Source: a virus (Duplodnaviria; Caudoviricetes). From it: a DNA stretch of 52,144 bases. The stretch covers positions 1 to 52,144 of IMG/VR virus record IMGVR_UViG_3300043435_000349; one strand, given 5' to 3'. Below, piece after piece: positions 39,826 through 50,535 of this stretch (its first letter is position 1; each line of letters opens with the position of its first letter). Below the pieces are notes generated by a model that saw nothing but the letters and a program-made list of their open reading frames with translations, did no database searches and had not been told where the DNA came from. Made by a program: the position numbers and the translations under genes.

Positions 39826-40191
39826 ATGAACGAGATCAAGGAAATCACACTTCCCCGTATCATCACCACACGCACATTGCAGAAAGAAAGCAATAAGAGC
39901 GTGATTCAAGCAATGGAGTTCTTCAAGACTGTTCTTGAGAATCCAGCGAATGACATCAAACATCGCCTAACAGCAGCCAAAGCAATCGTAGACACCAACC
40001 TCAAGATTCAAGCACAGCTTATCAAAGAGGAAGCTCACGATCTGAACAAGCGTCTGACTGTGTTGAAAATCAATGCTGTCACAGAAGATCTGGACAAAGC
40101 TGATGGTAAGAAACCAGCTTATGTCCCAGCTAACAAAGTCAGCACTGAGATTGACCCAATGTGGGCAGACTACACAGGAACTCAACAGTGA
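39826..40191 (+). CDS. Putative terminase small subunit
   Basis: Helical 121-aa ORF directly upstream of TerL; positional inference. Confidence 0.5.
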   Translation: MNEIKEITLPRIITTRTLQKESNKSVIQAMEFFKTVLENPANDIKHRLTAAKAIVDTNLKIQAQLIKEEAHDLNKRLTVLKINAVTEDLDKADGKKPAYVPANKVSTEIDPMWADYTGTQQ

Positions 40192-40202
40192 GAGATCAAT
40201 AG

Positions 40203-41663
40203 GTGACAATTTCATTTGCACCTGCTTCTCGTAAACAACAAATGATGCTAACGTCCAATGCTGACGTTACAATTGTGGGTGGAGCAGCAGGAAGCGGCAA
40301 ATCGTACATCAGCATTCTTCGCCACCTTCGCTTCATTGATGACCCCTACTATCGTGGCAACATCATCCGTAAGGATGCAACCATTTTGTCAAGGCAAGGT
40401 GGTATGTTCGATGAATGCTTGATTGTGTTTAAAGCGTTTGAACCTCGTGTTAAATACACGAAGCAACCAATGGTGTTTACATTCCCATCCGGTGCAACGG
40501 TGAGCTTGACACACTACAACGATGATAAAGCATCTGAGCAATATCGTGGTTTGCAGCTACAAGGCATCTGTTATGACGAATTGACAGAAGCCAAAGAAAA
40601 CCACATCTTCACCCTTATTTCTCGTATGCGAGCTGTGAGGTCGAAGTACAAAGAGTGGTTTCTTGGGACATGTAACCCACACGTTGACAGTTGGCTCAAA
40701 GATTGGGTGTTGTGGTATCTCTATCCAGAGGGTCATGAACTTGCTGGTAGGCCAGACCCAAACAAAGATGGCATCATTCGCTACATCAACAATCTTGGTG
40801 GCAAGACAGTATTCACTAACACAAAAGATGAGATGAAGGCTCTTGTGAAAGATTTCACAGGTAGAGAGCCACAGGATCACGAAATCCTATCATTCACTTT
40901 TGTTAGCGCAAACATTTACGACAACCCACCCCTTCTCAAGAATGCCCCACAGTATTTGTCAAAGCTACTAGCTCAGCCCCGTGTTGAGCAGGAACGATTG
41001 CTACACGGCAATTGGTTTGCACGACAAGAAGCAAGTGGTCGGTTTAAGCGAGAGTGGCTAGGTGAACCCTTACCAGAAGCCAAACGTACAGACATTAAAT
41101 CCCGTGTTCGTTGTTGGGACTTGGCTGGCAGCCTTCCCGATGAAGTGAACCCCAATCCCGACTGGACAGTTGGTGTGTTGATGTCGAAAGACAAGCATGG
41201 TGTATTTTACATCGAAGATGTTGTTCGGTTCAGAGAACGTGTTGGGCAAGTGATTGAGCGCATTGCTCAGGTAGCCCTTGCAGACCAAGAAGAATTTGGC
41301 AATGTTCAAGTGTACCTTCCTCAAGAACCAGCACAAGCAGGTATATCTGCCCTCAAGTACAATGTCAGCGTTTTGGCATCCTACGGTATTGGTGCTAGAG
41401 GGATCAAGGTTGGTTCAAAGAGCAAGACAACTCGTTTTGAACCTTTCTGTGCATCAGCAGAGGTCGGCAACATTCGCATTGTAAAAGGTGAGTGGAATGA
41501 CGTGTTCTTTGAGGAACTAGAGTCATTCGACGGCAGCAGGAACAGAAAAGACGATATTGTCGATTCGACAGCCGATTCATTCTCTAGATTAGCAGAACGC
41601 AAAGAGCTTCCCAAGTTTAGTCTTGACAACTCACATTTTAGCAATCCCCTTCTATCAAGGTAA
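40203..41663 (+). CDS. terL: Terminase large subunit
   Basis: GGAAGSGKS, YDEL, TCNP, WDLA and DDIVD nuclease acids. Confidence 0.95.
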   Translation: MTISFAPASRKQQMMLTSNADVTIVGGAAGSGKSYISILRHLRFIDDPYYRGNIIRKDATILSRQGGMFDECLIVFKAFEPRVKYTKQPMVFTFPSGATVSLTHYNDDKASEQYRGLQLQGICYDELTEAKENHIFTLISRMRAVRSKYKEWFLGTCNPHVDSWLKDWVLWYLYPEGHELAGRPDPNKDGIIRYINNLGGKTVFTNTKDEMKALVKDFTGREPQDHEILSFTFVSANIYDNPPLLKNAPQYLSKLLAQPRVEQERLLHGNWFARQEASGRFKREWLGEPLPEAKRTDIKSRVRCWDLAGSLPDEVNPNPDWTVGVLMSKDKHGVFYIEDVVRFRERVGQVIERIAQVALADQEEFGNVQVYLPQEPAQAGISALKYNVSVLASYGIGARGIKVGSKSKTTRFEPFCASAEVGNIRIVKGEWNDVFFEELESFDGSRNRKDDIVDSTADSFSRLAERKELPKFSLDNSHFSNPLLSR

Positions 41664-41674
41664 ACGGAAAAGAT

Positions 41675-43123
41675 ATGGCAGATCAGCCCAAACCAATGCC
41701 TACACCAACGCTTCCTAGTGAGCTTGGTTACACAGGCTTGCGGCTAACAGCAGGGCAGATTTACGAAGAATCGCGCCGTGATTTAGTGTTTCCGCAATCG
41801 CTGTACACATATGACAAGATGAGCCAGAACGTTGCTATTGCAGCGGCATTCAATGCAGTTCATGTGATTGCATCACGCACACCATTCTTCGTAGAGCCAT
41901 ACAGCAGCCAAGATGTCCATGTTAAACGTGCAGAGTTCGTTGAACAATGTATGCACGACATGGAACACAGTTGGTATGACTTCATCCGTGAGGTGATGAG
42001 CTTTAACAAATACGGCTTCTCACTACATGAGAAAGTTTTTCGTTATCGCAGGAAAGAACGTGGTAGCAAATATGATGATGGGAAGGTGGGGCTAAGGAAA
42101 CTACCTATCCGATCACAAGCATCCATTACAGAGTTTGTTCCAGACCCAAGCGGCAGGGACATTGTTGCAGTTAAGCAGCAAGTGAATGTTTTGTCAAGCA
42201 GCATTGCTTCAAACAAGACAATCGAACTCCCGATGTCACGTTGTTTACTGTTCCGTGTTGATCCATACAAGGGTAATCCTCAAGGTGTTAGCCCGCTCAA
42301 CTCATGCTATCAGGCATGGCGCATGTTGCAGAAGTTGCTTGATGCTGAATTGATTGCAACTAGCAAGAACCTGAATGGTCTGATCAAAGGCATTATTCCA
42401 GCACAGTTCCTTTCTGATGACGCAAGTCCAGAGGATAAAGCTGTAGCCAAAGCATTCACCACTGGTGTTGTAAATACGCACACAGGTGAACAACAAGGGT
42501 TTGTCATCCCATCTGATCGTGATGGGGAAGGTAATCGCCTGTTTGATGTTGAGATCATCAACTCAAGCTCAAGTAACATTACAGCATTATCGGACATCAT
42601 TCAACGCTACACCAACGAAATTTATCAATGCTTGTTTGCAGACGTATTGCAAATGGGCAGCCAGAAATCTGGGAATTACAACGTAATCGCCACAAAGGAA
42701 ACAATGCTTGAGCTTCTTGTAGAAGCCAGATTGAAAGAAATTACCGATGTGTTGAATTACAACTTGATTCCCGATCTATTCGCCAAAAACGGCTGGGACA
42801 CAACTAAATGTCCTAAAGTTTGTTTTGGCTCATTGTCACGTCCTGACTTGTCTACTTGGGCTAAAGCCTTCCAGCAAGTTAAAGCAACCAAAGGTATTGC
42901 CCTCACCTCAGCGAATGTCAACTACATTCATGAGATGTTTGGATTCCCTGATCGCGTCCCTGACGACACAACCCAAGAAGAACTGGACAAGTTGCTTGGT
43001 GTTGAAAAGATGGAGGACAGCAAGAGTGGTGCTGGTTATGCTAGTGACACGGGTGGCCTGAATGGTACAGCGGATGAAGTCAGTGAAGATGACAACACTG
43101 CCAGCAATAAGGAAGCAAAATAA
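41675..43123 (+). CDS. Portal protein (DUF935-like)
   Basis: 482 aa after TerL; YGFS.HEKV and GNPQGVSPL motifs. Confidence 0.88.
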   Translation: MADQPKPMPTPTLPSELGYTGLRLTAGQIYEESRRDLVFPQSLYTYDKMSQNVAIAAAFNAVHVIASRTPFFVEPYSSQDVHVKRAEFVEQCMHDMEHSWYDFIREVMSFNKYGFSLHEKVFRYRRKERGSKYDDGKVGLRKLPIRSQASITEFVPDPSGRDIVAVKQQVNVLSSSIASNKTIELPMSRCLLFRVDPYKGNPQGVSPLNSCYQAWRMLQKLLDAELIATSKNLNGLIKGIIPAQFLSDDASPEDKAVAKAFTTGVVNTHTGEQQGFVIPSDRDGEGNRLFDVEIINSSSSNITALSDIIQRYTNEIYQCLFADVLQMGSQKSGNYNVIATKETMLELLVEARLKEITDVLNYNLIPDLFAKNGWDTTKCPKVCFGSLSRPDLSTWAKAFQQVKATKGIALTSANVNYIHEMFGFPDRVPDDTTQEELDKLLGVEKMEDSKSGAGYASDTGGLNGTADEVSEDDNTASNKEAK

Positions 43124-43950
43124 TGGCACATGAGCTAATGCGTCTTACGCAAAGGTTATGCAATAAGCCACAACTCATTAGCCAAGCTGCCTTAGCAAGC
43201 GTTGTTCATATTCTTGAACAGCGCAATGCTGGCAACTATGACATGAGAGTTACGGATAAGAAAGTAGAGCCACGCTACCCAGCTTACAACAAAGAGAAGA
43301 AAGTTGGCCTACTGCAAATTGAAGGTGCGCTCACAAACATTGCCTACGAAGGTATCTGTGGTGAGACAGGTTGCAGCTACGAATCTCTTGTAGCAGACAC
43401 CAAATACCTGATCGAAGAAGGCGCAAAGACAATTGTGCTAGACATTGACAGTGGTGGTGGTGAGGCCTACGGATGCTTTGAAGCAGCAAACACTGTGCGC
43501 CAAATGGCAGACAACAATGGTGTGAAGATTATCACTTACGTTGACGGAATGGCAGCATCAGCAGCATATGCTTGGGCTATCATTGCAGATGAAGTGGTGG
43601 CCAATCCAATGGCGGAAGTTGGTAGCATTGGTGTTGTCATGCAGTTGCTAGACACATCGAAGTACCACGAGAATCTAGGCTTGAAGCGTGTGTTTGTGTA
43701 CGCTGGTGATAGTAAGATTCCTTTTGCCCCAGATGGCAGCTTCACAGAATCATTCCTAGCCGACCTACAAGATGGTGTTGACTTCTTTTATAACGAGTTT
43801 ATAGAACATGTAGCATTCCATCGCAACATCTCAAAAGAACAAATCATGGGAACACAAGCAAAGGTGTTTCTGCCAAGCAAAGCCGCAGAGCTAGGCTTGA
43901 TTGATAAAACCATGCTCAAAGAGGAATTTTTAGATTATGTCTTTGCTTGA
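43123..43950 (+). CDS. Prohead protease, S49 family
   Basis: DIDSGGGE, AASAAY and VGSIGV motifs. Confidence 0.9.
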   Translation: MAHELMRLTQRLCNKPQLISQAALASVVHILEQRNAGNYDMRVTDKKVEPRYPAYNKEKKVGLLQIEGALTNIAYEGICGETGCSYESLVADTKYLIEEGAKTIVLDIDSGGGEAYGCFEAANTVRQMADNNGVKIITYVDGMAASAAYAWAIIADEVVANPMAEVGSIGVVMQLLDTSKYHENLGLKRVFVYAGDSKIPFAPDGSFTESFLADLQDGVDFFYNEFIEHVAFHRNISKEQIMGTQAKVFLPSKAAELGLIDKTMLKEEFLDYVFA

Positions 43951-44470
43951 TAGGTTCAACCTGAAATCAAAAAAGATGGCGTTGGATGTGACAGAAGTAG
44001 TCAATAGCATTCCAGCAGAATTGTTTACAACCACAGAGGATGCAGAAATGCAAACTGACGAAGCTCAAGCCCAGCTTGTAGCAGACCTCGCAGTTGCCAA
44101 TGACACTATCGCAGAACTTACTTCTGCTGTAGCTAATCATGAAGCAGCAGCAACCAAAGCTCTGGCAGAACGCGATGAAGCTCTCAAGGCATTATCTGTT
44201 TTCCAAGCGGAAGCAAAGCAAACATCACGCAAGGCAGCCCTGACCAAAGTGTTGGCAGAAGATGCAGTTGGTGATATGTACGCAGCAACGGAAGCTCTTG
44301 ATGATTCAGCATTCTCGCTGATTGTCAGCAATCTTGCAACCAAGCAACAAGTGATTGAACAGTCATTTGAAGAACTGGGTGCGCCAGAAGCAAATGCTCA
44401 ACCATCCAATTACGAAGATCAACTCAAAGCTGGTGTGCAAGCCCGCTTAGCAAAAAGGAAAACAAAATAA
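43937..44470 (+). CDS. Putative scaffolding protein
   Basis: Ala/Glu-rich coiled coil located between protease and decoration genes. Confidence 0.65.
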   Translation: MSLLDRFNLKSKKMALDVTEVVNSIPAELFTTTEDAEMQTDEAQAQLVADLAVANDTIAELTSAVANHEAAATKALAERDEALKALSVFQAEAKQTSRKAALTKVLAEDAVGDMYAATEALDDSAFSLIVSNLATKQQVIEQSFEELGAPEANAQPSNYEDQLKAGVQARLAKRKTK

Positions 44471-44910
44471 TGGCAGTAATCGCAACTCGCGGTGGTGTAC
44501 GCCTCGGCAACATCCTGCAATGGGAACAAGCCCCACACATTGGCTATAGCCGCAAGACTGTTGTCATTCGTGAAGCAGCCGCAGCAGACTATTTCTTGGG
44601 TGACATCCTTGGTCAAGTTACCACTGGTGGCAAGTACAAGAAACTGACTGTTGGTGCAACTGACGGCAGCCAAAACTTCGCTGGTATCTTCATTGGTAGC
44701 GACAGCAGCGTCTTTGATCAAGACAAACTAGCTGTTCCAGCCAACACTGACAAAACTGGTGTTGTTCTGTTCCGTGATGCAGCAGTGGGCAAAGCCTATC
44801 TGAACTTCCCATCAGGCACTACCGAGCTACAGAAAGCTGCTGTGTATGCCCAAATGGAAGCCGCTGGCATCAAGCTGATCGACCAAGTTAAAGAACAGGA
44901 AACCGTATAA
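44470..44910 (+). CDS. Head decoration protein (lambda D-like)
   Basis: GDILG....GKY.......DGSQ..AGI motif; located before the major capsid gene. Confidence 0.8.
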   Translation: MAVIATRGGVRLGNILQWEQAPHIGYSRKTVVIREAAAADYFLGDILGQVTTGGKYKKLTVGATDGSQNFAGIFIGSDSSVFDQDKLAVPANTDKTGVVLFRDAAVGKAYLNFPSGTTELQKAAVYAQMEAAGIKLIDQVKEQETV

Positions 44911-45975
44911 ATGATTACACGTCAAATTGATAACGTCAACCGTCTAATCGACTGGTCTGATGCAGTTGCCAACATCGACCCAACCTACGGCTGGGCAGCG
45001 GGCAGCGGCCTGTTCAACGTCAAGACCACAAGTCAAGACGCAATCATGTTTGAAAAGACTGATTTCAAAACCATTCTTCTGAACCCAACCTCACGCCGTG
45101 AGCGCAACACTCAGAAGATGAATGCCCGCTCAAGCAAGATGTATGCGCTACCAATGCCATACTTCAATGTGCAAGAGCATGTCACCCGTGCAGACTTGCA
45201 AGGTCACATCCAGAAAGGCACTGAGTCAACCCCAGAAACCGAGCAATCAGCAATCGCTGAGAAGCTGGAAATCATGCGCAATGCGTATGACATGACCCGT
45301 GAATACATGTCGCTGTCTGCCATCAAAGGTTTGACTGTTGCACCAAACGGTGATGTTCTGGCTGACATGTTTGCAGAGTTCAACCTGACCCAAGAAGTCA
45401 TTGAGTGGCCTTTGCTGACCGATCCAGACTTCGACGTTCGCAAAGCCTGTCGTGAACTGAAATCGAAACTGCAACGTGACCTTCGCACAGGTGGTCGTAT
45501 TCGTGCTGTTGAGGTTGTTGTTGGTGAAGCATTCTTCGATGCTCTGATCAACCACCCACAGGTTGTTGCTGCTCACTATGCTTACGCCATGCCTGATCGC
45601 GCCTACTACATGGATGGTGGTTTGACCTTCCAAACCTTCGGTGTTCAGAACGTATTTGAGTTCCAAGGTATTCGCTTCCTGACCTATGATGCCTCGTTCA
45701 ATCTTCCAAACGAAGATGGCACTTTCACCAACGTGGAAGGTATTGAAGCAGAAGTTGGTCACACCGTTATTCGTGGTGATGGTCTGCAAGATCTGTATCG
45801 CGTCTACTACGGTACTAACAACAAACTGTCAGGTGCTAACAGCACTGGTCAAGAGTTGTTCTCGTGGTCTTACCGCGATGACCGCGACACCAGCATTGAC
45901 CTTGAGTTGGAATTTAGCCACCTCTACTTCTGCACCCAACCACAAGTACAAAAGAAATTGGTTCTGGAAATCTAA
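44911..45975 (+). CDS. Major capsid protein (lambda E / Felix O1-like)
   Basis: 354 aa; TREYM...AIKG, D.FAEF, FFDALINHP.V and FEFQGIRF..Y motifs. Confidence 0.92.
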   Translation: MITRQIDNVNRLIDWSDAVANIDPTYGWAAGSGLFNVKTTSQDAIMFEKTDFKTILLNPTSRRERNTQKMNARSSKMYALPMPYFNVQEHVTRADLQGHIQKGTESTPETEQSAIAEKLEIMRNAYDMTREYMSLSAIKGLTVAPNGDVLADMFAEFNLTQEVIEWPLLTDPDFDVRKACRELKSKLQRDLRTGGRIRAVEVVVGEAFFDALINHPQVVAAHYAYAMPDRAYYMDGGLTFQTFGVQNVFEFQGIRFLTYDASFNLPNEDGTFTNVEGIEAEVGHTVIRGDGLQDLYRVYYGTNNKLSGANSTGQELFSWSYRDDRDTSIDLELEFSHLYFCTQPQVQKKLVLEI

Positions 45976-45988
45976 GCAACACATCATT

Positions 45989-46015
45989 GAGGGGCAACAC
46001 GCCCCTCTTTGTTTT
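45989..46015 (+). terminator. Terminator after the capsid gene
   Basis: GAGGGGC-AACAC-GCCCCTC followed by TTTGTTTT. Confidence 0.75.
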
Positions 46016-46057
46016 CACAAGCATCACATTTGTTTGTTAAAGCAAAGAGGATATATC

Positions 46058-46576
46058 ATGTACACAGGCGATCCAATCAACAATCCAGTTGATGCAATTA
46101 GACTAGAGGTTGGTGACACTGACGCAGATGATGTCTGGCTCACCGATAACGATTACCTCTATTACATTCAGAAATACCCAAACAACACTCGCGCCATTGT
46201 GAATGCAGCAGCGCAAGGCATCTTGTTTAAGTTGACACGTTACACTCGCGAAAGAGCAGGACAGATTGACGTTTATGGCGCGGAAGCCTACAAAAACTAC
46301 AAGGATGCTTTATTGTTAAAGCTGAAAGACTTTTCTTTCAATGGTGTCAGGCCAATCAGCTTCTTTGGTGGTATCAACCGTCAAGAGTCTGCTGACAACT
46401 TCCTTGATCCGTCCCTTGTTGATCAGCCTTTCTATCGTGGTCAACAGAATGAGAGTCCTGAGTGGTGGGATAAGCGCAACGTGGATGGTAATGGTCAAAC
46501 AGTTGAACCACTAGACTATCCAGCATCCAACACAGCAAATTATGATTGGGATGTGATCAATGGGGCGTCGCCATAA
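46058..46576 (+). CDS. Head-tail connector/adaptor
   Basis: YTGDP....D.IRLEVGDTD motif; GAGG RBS; start at 46058. Confidence 0.75.
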   Translation: MYTGDPINNPVDAIRLEVGDTDADDVWLTDNDYLYYIQKYPNNTRAIVNAAAQGILFKLTRYTRERAGQIDVYGAEAYKNYKDALLLKLKDFSFNGVRPISFFGGINRQESADNFLDPSLVDQPFYRGQQNESPEWWDKRNVDGNGQTVEPLDYPASNTANYDWDVINGASP

Positions 46577-47099
46577 GTTAGGTGGTCATGAAGGACAAGA
46601 AGTAACACTCGATCTGTCTGGACTCAAGAGCATTCAATTGCAATGCAAGAAACTTGAGCGAAGAACGATTCAATGGGGCTACATTCGCAACCTTAAATAC
46701 CCACAGAGTGATCTGTACGGAAGGGGTGGATGGAATGTGGCACAAGTTGCTGCAATTCATGAGTTTGGTATTGGTGTAAACAAAAGGCCATTCTTTAGCC
46801 AATCCCTTGTTGATGCTCGACAATTCCTGAACAGTGGCTGGATTGAGAAGGTGTTCTTGTCTGCATTGGAGAACACAGAATTTGATGGCATGTTAGATTT
46901 TATTGGGCAGGAGCTTTCCAAGACAATCAAGATCGCTATCCTACGACAGAATTTCTACCCTATCAGCCCAGCAACAATCGCCCTGAAAGCATCAAACAAC
47001 CACAACACTGAAATCCTCCAAGCGACACAGAAGTTGTCTGATTCACCATCACACAAAGTCTTACATCGCAAACTACAATCGGGTGAGAGCAAAGAATGA
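46560..47099 (+). CDS. Neck/tail-completion protein (HK97 gp10-like)
   Basis: VA.VA.IHEFG...RPF...P.SP.TI..K motif. Confidence 0.7.
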   Translation: MGRRHKLGGHEGQEVTLDLSGLKSIQLQCKKLERRTIQWGYIRNLKYPQSDLYGRGGWNVAQVAAIHEFGIGVNKRPFFSQSLVDARQFLNSGWIEKVFLSALENTEFDGMLDFIGQELSKTIKIAILRQNFYPISPATIALKASNNHNTEILQATQKLSDSPSHKVLHRKLQSGESKE

Positions 47100-47467
47100 C
47101 AGTCGCACCACTAAAAAGAGTTGGTCGTACAACCATTACGGTAGAGCGTGACTCAGGTGGTCAGACTTTAGTGGATGGTTTTGTACAAGATAGCCCAAAG
47201 ACAATCCTGACAATGATTGCTAACGTACAGCCAGCATTGCAAATGAATCGTATGATCCTGTTACCAGAAGGTGATAGATCAAAGCAAGCAATCTTTGTGA
47301 TTACGCGCCAAGAACTATTCATGGCAGATGAAGGGTTGACACAGCCAAAGAAGGCAGACGTTATTGTCTGGAAGGGTAAGCGATGGGAAGTCAAGATGGC
47401 TTTTCATTATGAGATGGGTGTTAGGGATCACTGCGAAGTGATTGCTGTCAGGGAAGATGACGTATGA
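47096..47467 (+). CDS. Head-closure protein
   Basis: ANVQP...LPEGDR...AD..VWKG..WEV motif and gene position. Confidence 0.7.
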   Translation: MTVAPLKRVGRTTITVERDSGGQTLVDGFVQDSPKTILTMIANVQPALQMNRMILLPEGDRSKQAIFVITRQELFMADEGLTQPKKADVIVWKGKRWEVKMAFHYEMGVRDHCEVIAVREDDV

Positions 47468-47970
47468 TTGAAGCATCTTTGATTGCAGCCCTACAAGAGC
47501 TAATTAGTCCATACAAATACATCTTTGATTGGCAAGACAGTGTGGAGCAAAAGAGCGTCTATTGTCGTGTAACAATCATTAGCCAATCAGACGTTGGTCA
47601 TCGTGAAACACCCCTAAGCCTTGCGCCAAGCGAGAATATGATTACACAGCAAAGCGAAACAGCTTTGGTGAGATTACAGTTCTTTGGTGATGTCAAGTCT
47701 ACAGCCTTCAATGATGCCAAGAAGATGAAAGCATTACTTGGTACACACGAAGGCAACTCATCGTTCTACCGCAACGGAATGGCAATTCAGTCCGTGAACG
47801 GAATCATGCGCGTAGGTATTGAGCGAGACACAAAGTGGTATGTCAGCAATGCAATTGACATCACATTGGCCTACAAGTCTACGATTGAAACAACAGGCGT
47901 TACGATTGATAAAGTGGAGCTTGAATCATTGCTACCACCAACAAACAAAGAATTTGAGGTAGAGTGGTAA
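47464..47970 (+). CDS. Tail terminator/neck protein
   Basis: Position and size fit the Felix O1-like gene order. Confidence 0.6.
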   Translation: MIEASLIAALQELISPYKYIFDWQDSVEQKSVYCRVTIISQSDVGHRETPLSLAPSENMITQQSETALVRLQFFGDVKSTAFNDAKKMKALLGTHEGNSSFYRNGMAIQSVNGIMRVGIERDTKWYVSNAIDITLAYKSTIETTGVTIDKVELESLLPPTNKEFEVEW

Positions 47971-49052
47971 TGGCAGAGATCAAAGTAACAGAGCTTCCTA
48001 TTGCGGCTAATGCCGATCTTGGCACAACAGACTTCTTCCTCATCATTGATGATGGTGTAACAAAGCGCATCCCTCGTGATGCTGTTTATGCTAACATTCA
48101 GCCTTTGGTTAAAGGTGACAAGGGTGATGCTGGTGCTACTGGCGCAACAGGTGCGCAAGGGTTGCGTGGCCTACAAGGTATTCAGGGTATCAAAGGTGAT
48201 ACAGGTGCTACGGGTGCAACAGGGTCTGCTGGTGCAACAGGCGCACAAGGTCAGAAAGGTTGGAGTCCAATTCTAGCAACAGCTAGTGATGGTAATCGTC
48301 GTGTGCTGCAAGTGGCAGACTGGACTGGTGGACAAGGGACAAAACCAGCAACAGGGTCTTACATTGGGTCAACTGGGTTTGTTGCCAACATCGCAGATGG
48401 TGTAGACATTCGTGGTATTCAGGGTGTTAAAGGCGACACTGGTGATACCGGAGCAGCAGGAACAAATGGTGCGGACGGATCTGATGGAAGTGATGCAAGA
48501 CAGATTGCTGCAATCACACATGAGTCAAACAACGCCATTCGCACAACATTCACAGACACAACATCTGTCGTAAGTGATTCACCAAAGCGTCTGCTTGGTT
48601 GGGCAAGTTATCAGGATCAAGTTTATACAAGTCTTGCACCTTTTGCACTTGTTGATGGCATCAAGGCTACCCTACCAAACAACGCAGCAATCACACTAAA
48701 CACAAGCATACCAACTGGTGTAACAACTCTGTACAATCCACTAACCAGCAAAATCACACCAGCAGCGGTTGGTGATGGAATGCACTTAGTTGTTCGATTT
48801 ACAGCAGTGCCAAGCGCAGTCAACACCTACCTTTCATTTGGTGTAGATATTGGTGGTGGCTCAGAGATCTTCCAAGACACAATCGTATTACCAAGAGGTG
48901 CTGGTACGCCAAACCCCGTAAACATTGGTGTGCAGGGATATGCTTTGAGTACATTCCTAGCCAATGGTGGGTTGATTAAGCTGACAGCAATTGGTGGCAA
49001 TGTCCAAGTTTATGGGATTGAGTTTCAAGTTCACCGAACTAGCGTTGCATAG
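47970..49052 (+). CDS. Collagen-repeat fibre/whisker protein
   Basis: N-terminal IKVTELP.A motif; two Gly-X-Y runs of about 16 and 9 triplets; beta-rich C-terminus. Confidence 0.75.
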   Translation: MAEIKVTELPIAANADLGTTDFFLIIDDGVTKRIPRDAVYANIQPLVKGDKGDAGATGATGAQGLRGLQGIQGIKGDTGATGATGSAGATGAQGQKGWSPILATASDGNRRVLQVADWTGGQGTKPATGSYIGSTGFVANIADGVDIRGIQGVKGDTGDTGAAGTNGADGSDGSDARQIAAITHESNNAIRTTFTDTTSVVSDSPKRLLGWASYQDQVYTSLAPFALVDGIKATLPNNAAITLNTSIPTGVTTLYNPLTSKITPAAVGDGMHLVVRFTAVPSAVNTYLSFGVDIGGGSEIFQDTIVLPRGAGTPNPVNIGVQGYALSTFLANGGLIKLTAIGGNVQVYGIEFQVHRTSVA

Positions 49053-49054
49053 TC

Positions 49055-49552
49055 ATGAGAATCTATCGTGACCAAGGGTTTGCTGTAATTGAGAACATTG
49101 CAGCCTACAACCTCAATCAATTGCATGTTGAGCTTCTGGGTAATACGATTCGCATTACACAACTGGGAAGCAATCGTGGTGAGATAAGGGTTCACTTCAC
49201 CACAATCAAAGACGGATTTGGCAACTCAATTGGTGAGACAGCACAGGATGTGTTTGAGTATGTGGAAGATGTTGTGTATGAGGCTGGTGGGAACACTTCC
49301 CCGCAAAGCAAGACAACAACCCTCACCCTGACACCACCAGCCTCAAACCAATATACAATTGCCTTGATTGATGATGATGCTATTGCTGGATCTACTTACG
49401 ATTTCACGCCCCTACCGAACAACGGTGAGCTTGAGTGGAATTGCTTGGTTGTCTATGGTTACAGCCACATTGATGGTTTGATTGATGTCTATGTCCATGC
49501 CCCCACAGGCTTGATTGTTGGTGATTACGAATTTAAATATAGGGTGGTTTGA
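49055..49552 (+). CDS. Hypothetical (probably structural) protein
   Basis: 165-aa ORF in the late operon. Confidence 0.55.
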   Translation: MRIYRDQGFAVIENIAAYNLNQLHVELLGNTIRITQLGSNRGEIRVHFTTIKDGFGNSIGETAQDVFEYVEDVVYEAGGNTSPQSKTTTLTLTPPASNQYTIALIDDDAIAGSTYDFTPLPNNGELEWNCLVVYGYSHIDGLIDVYVHAPTGLIVGDYEFKYRVV

Positions 49553-50535
49553 TGCCAGTATTAAATGACACAACAGGCGCACCCATTGGTGTAGCCAACA
49601 ACCCACTTATCGTAAGTGGTGATTTACAGCTTGATTCTGCTGTAGAGATTACAAATGATGTTGGCAACCCAATCCCCGTGAGTGGCAGTGTTAGCATTAC
49701 CAACCCGTTATTGCAAGGACTGACCAACACAGAGCTTCGCGCTTTTGCTGTTGATGTCACTGTTGGTAACTTTCCAGCTTCCCAGACTGTAGCAGGAACG
49801 GTAAGCATTGGCAATTTCCCAAGCACTCAACAGGTGAATGGCACAGTTGAACTAGGTGCTACATCTCTTGCAGCTTTGGAAAACACCTCTGTTACAGTGG
49901 GAAATTTTCCAGCCACACAACCCGTGTCTGGAACAGTCAGCATTGCCAACTTCCCAACAACACAAACCGTAAGTGGGTCGGTGAGTGCAACGCAAAGTGG
50001 CAGTTGGACAGTAAATCAGTCTGGTGTATGGAACGTCAGTGCATCACAAAGCGGTAGCTGGTCTATTGGCATCAATAACTTCCCAGCCACACAGCAAGTA
50101 AGTGGCACTGGCACATTCAACACAACACTGTCCAGTGGTGTTGGCACAGCAGAAGCTACACCATTGTACATCCTACCAAAGCCACTAACTAATGCCATTA
50201 GTCAAGTGGGGGCTGCGGCAGCCGCGGTTACAGTGACACTACCAGCAGCAGGTGCGGGTTTATTTCACCACATTGATGCAATCGAGATCACGCTATTTAA
50301 TAGTGCAGCAAGGACGGGTAGTGCAACACCAGTTACAGTGACAAGCACCAACATGCCAACCTCAATTGCTTGGACATTCCCGTCAGCGGGTGCAATTGGC
50401 ACAGTTGATAGATATCTCAAGTCATCAGATAGACCGATCAAATCAGCCACAGCAAACACAGCAACAACCATTGTCTGCCCAGCAACCACAGGCGTTATTT
50501 GGCGAGTCAATGTGCTTTATAGCGTAGGTGCATGA
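49552..50535 (+). CDS. Ser/Thr-rich repeat fibre-like protein
   Basis: Five NFPxxQxV repeats and three SGxW repeats. Confidence 0.65.
   Translation: MPVLNDTTGAPIGVANNPLIVSGDLQLDSAVEITNDVGNPIPVSGSVSITNPLLQGLTNTELRAFAVDVTVGNFPASQTVAGTVSIGNFPSTQQVNGTVELGATSLAALENTSVTVGNFPATQPVSGTVSIANFPTTQTVSGSVSATQSGSWTVNQSGVWNVSASQSGSWSIGINNFPATQQVSGTGTFNTTLSSGVGTAEATPLYILPKPLTNAISQVGAAAAAVTVTLPAAGAGLFHHIDAIEITLFNSAARTGSATPVTVTSTNMPTSIAWTFPSAGAIGTVDRYLKSSDRPIKSATANTATTIVCPATTGVIWRVNVLYSVGA

Noticed and set aside
45686-46057. Apparent 124-codon N-terminal extension of the head-tail connector overlapping the capsid gene (possible frameshift fusion)
   Set aside because: A terminator and a good RBS/ATG at 46058 intervene, and no slippery site was recognised.
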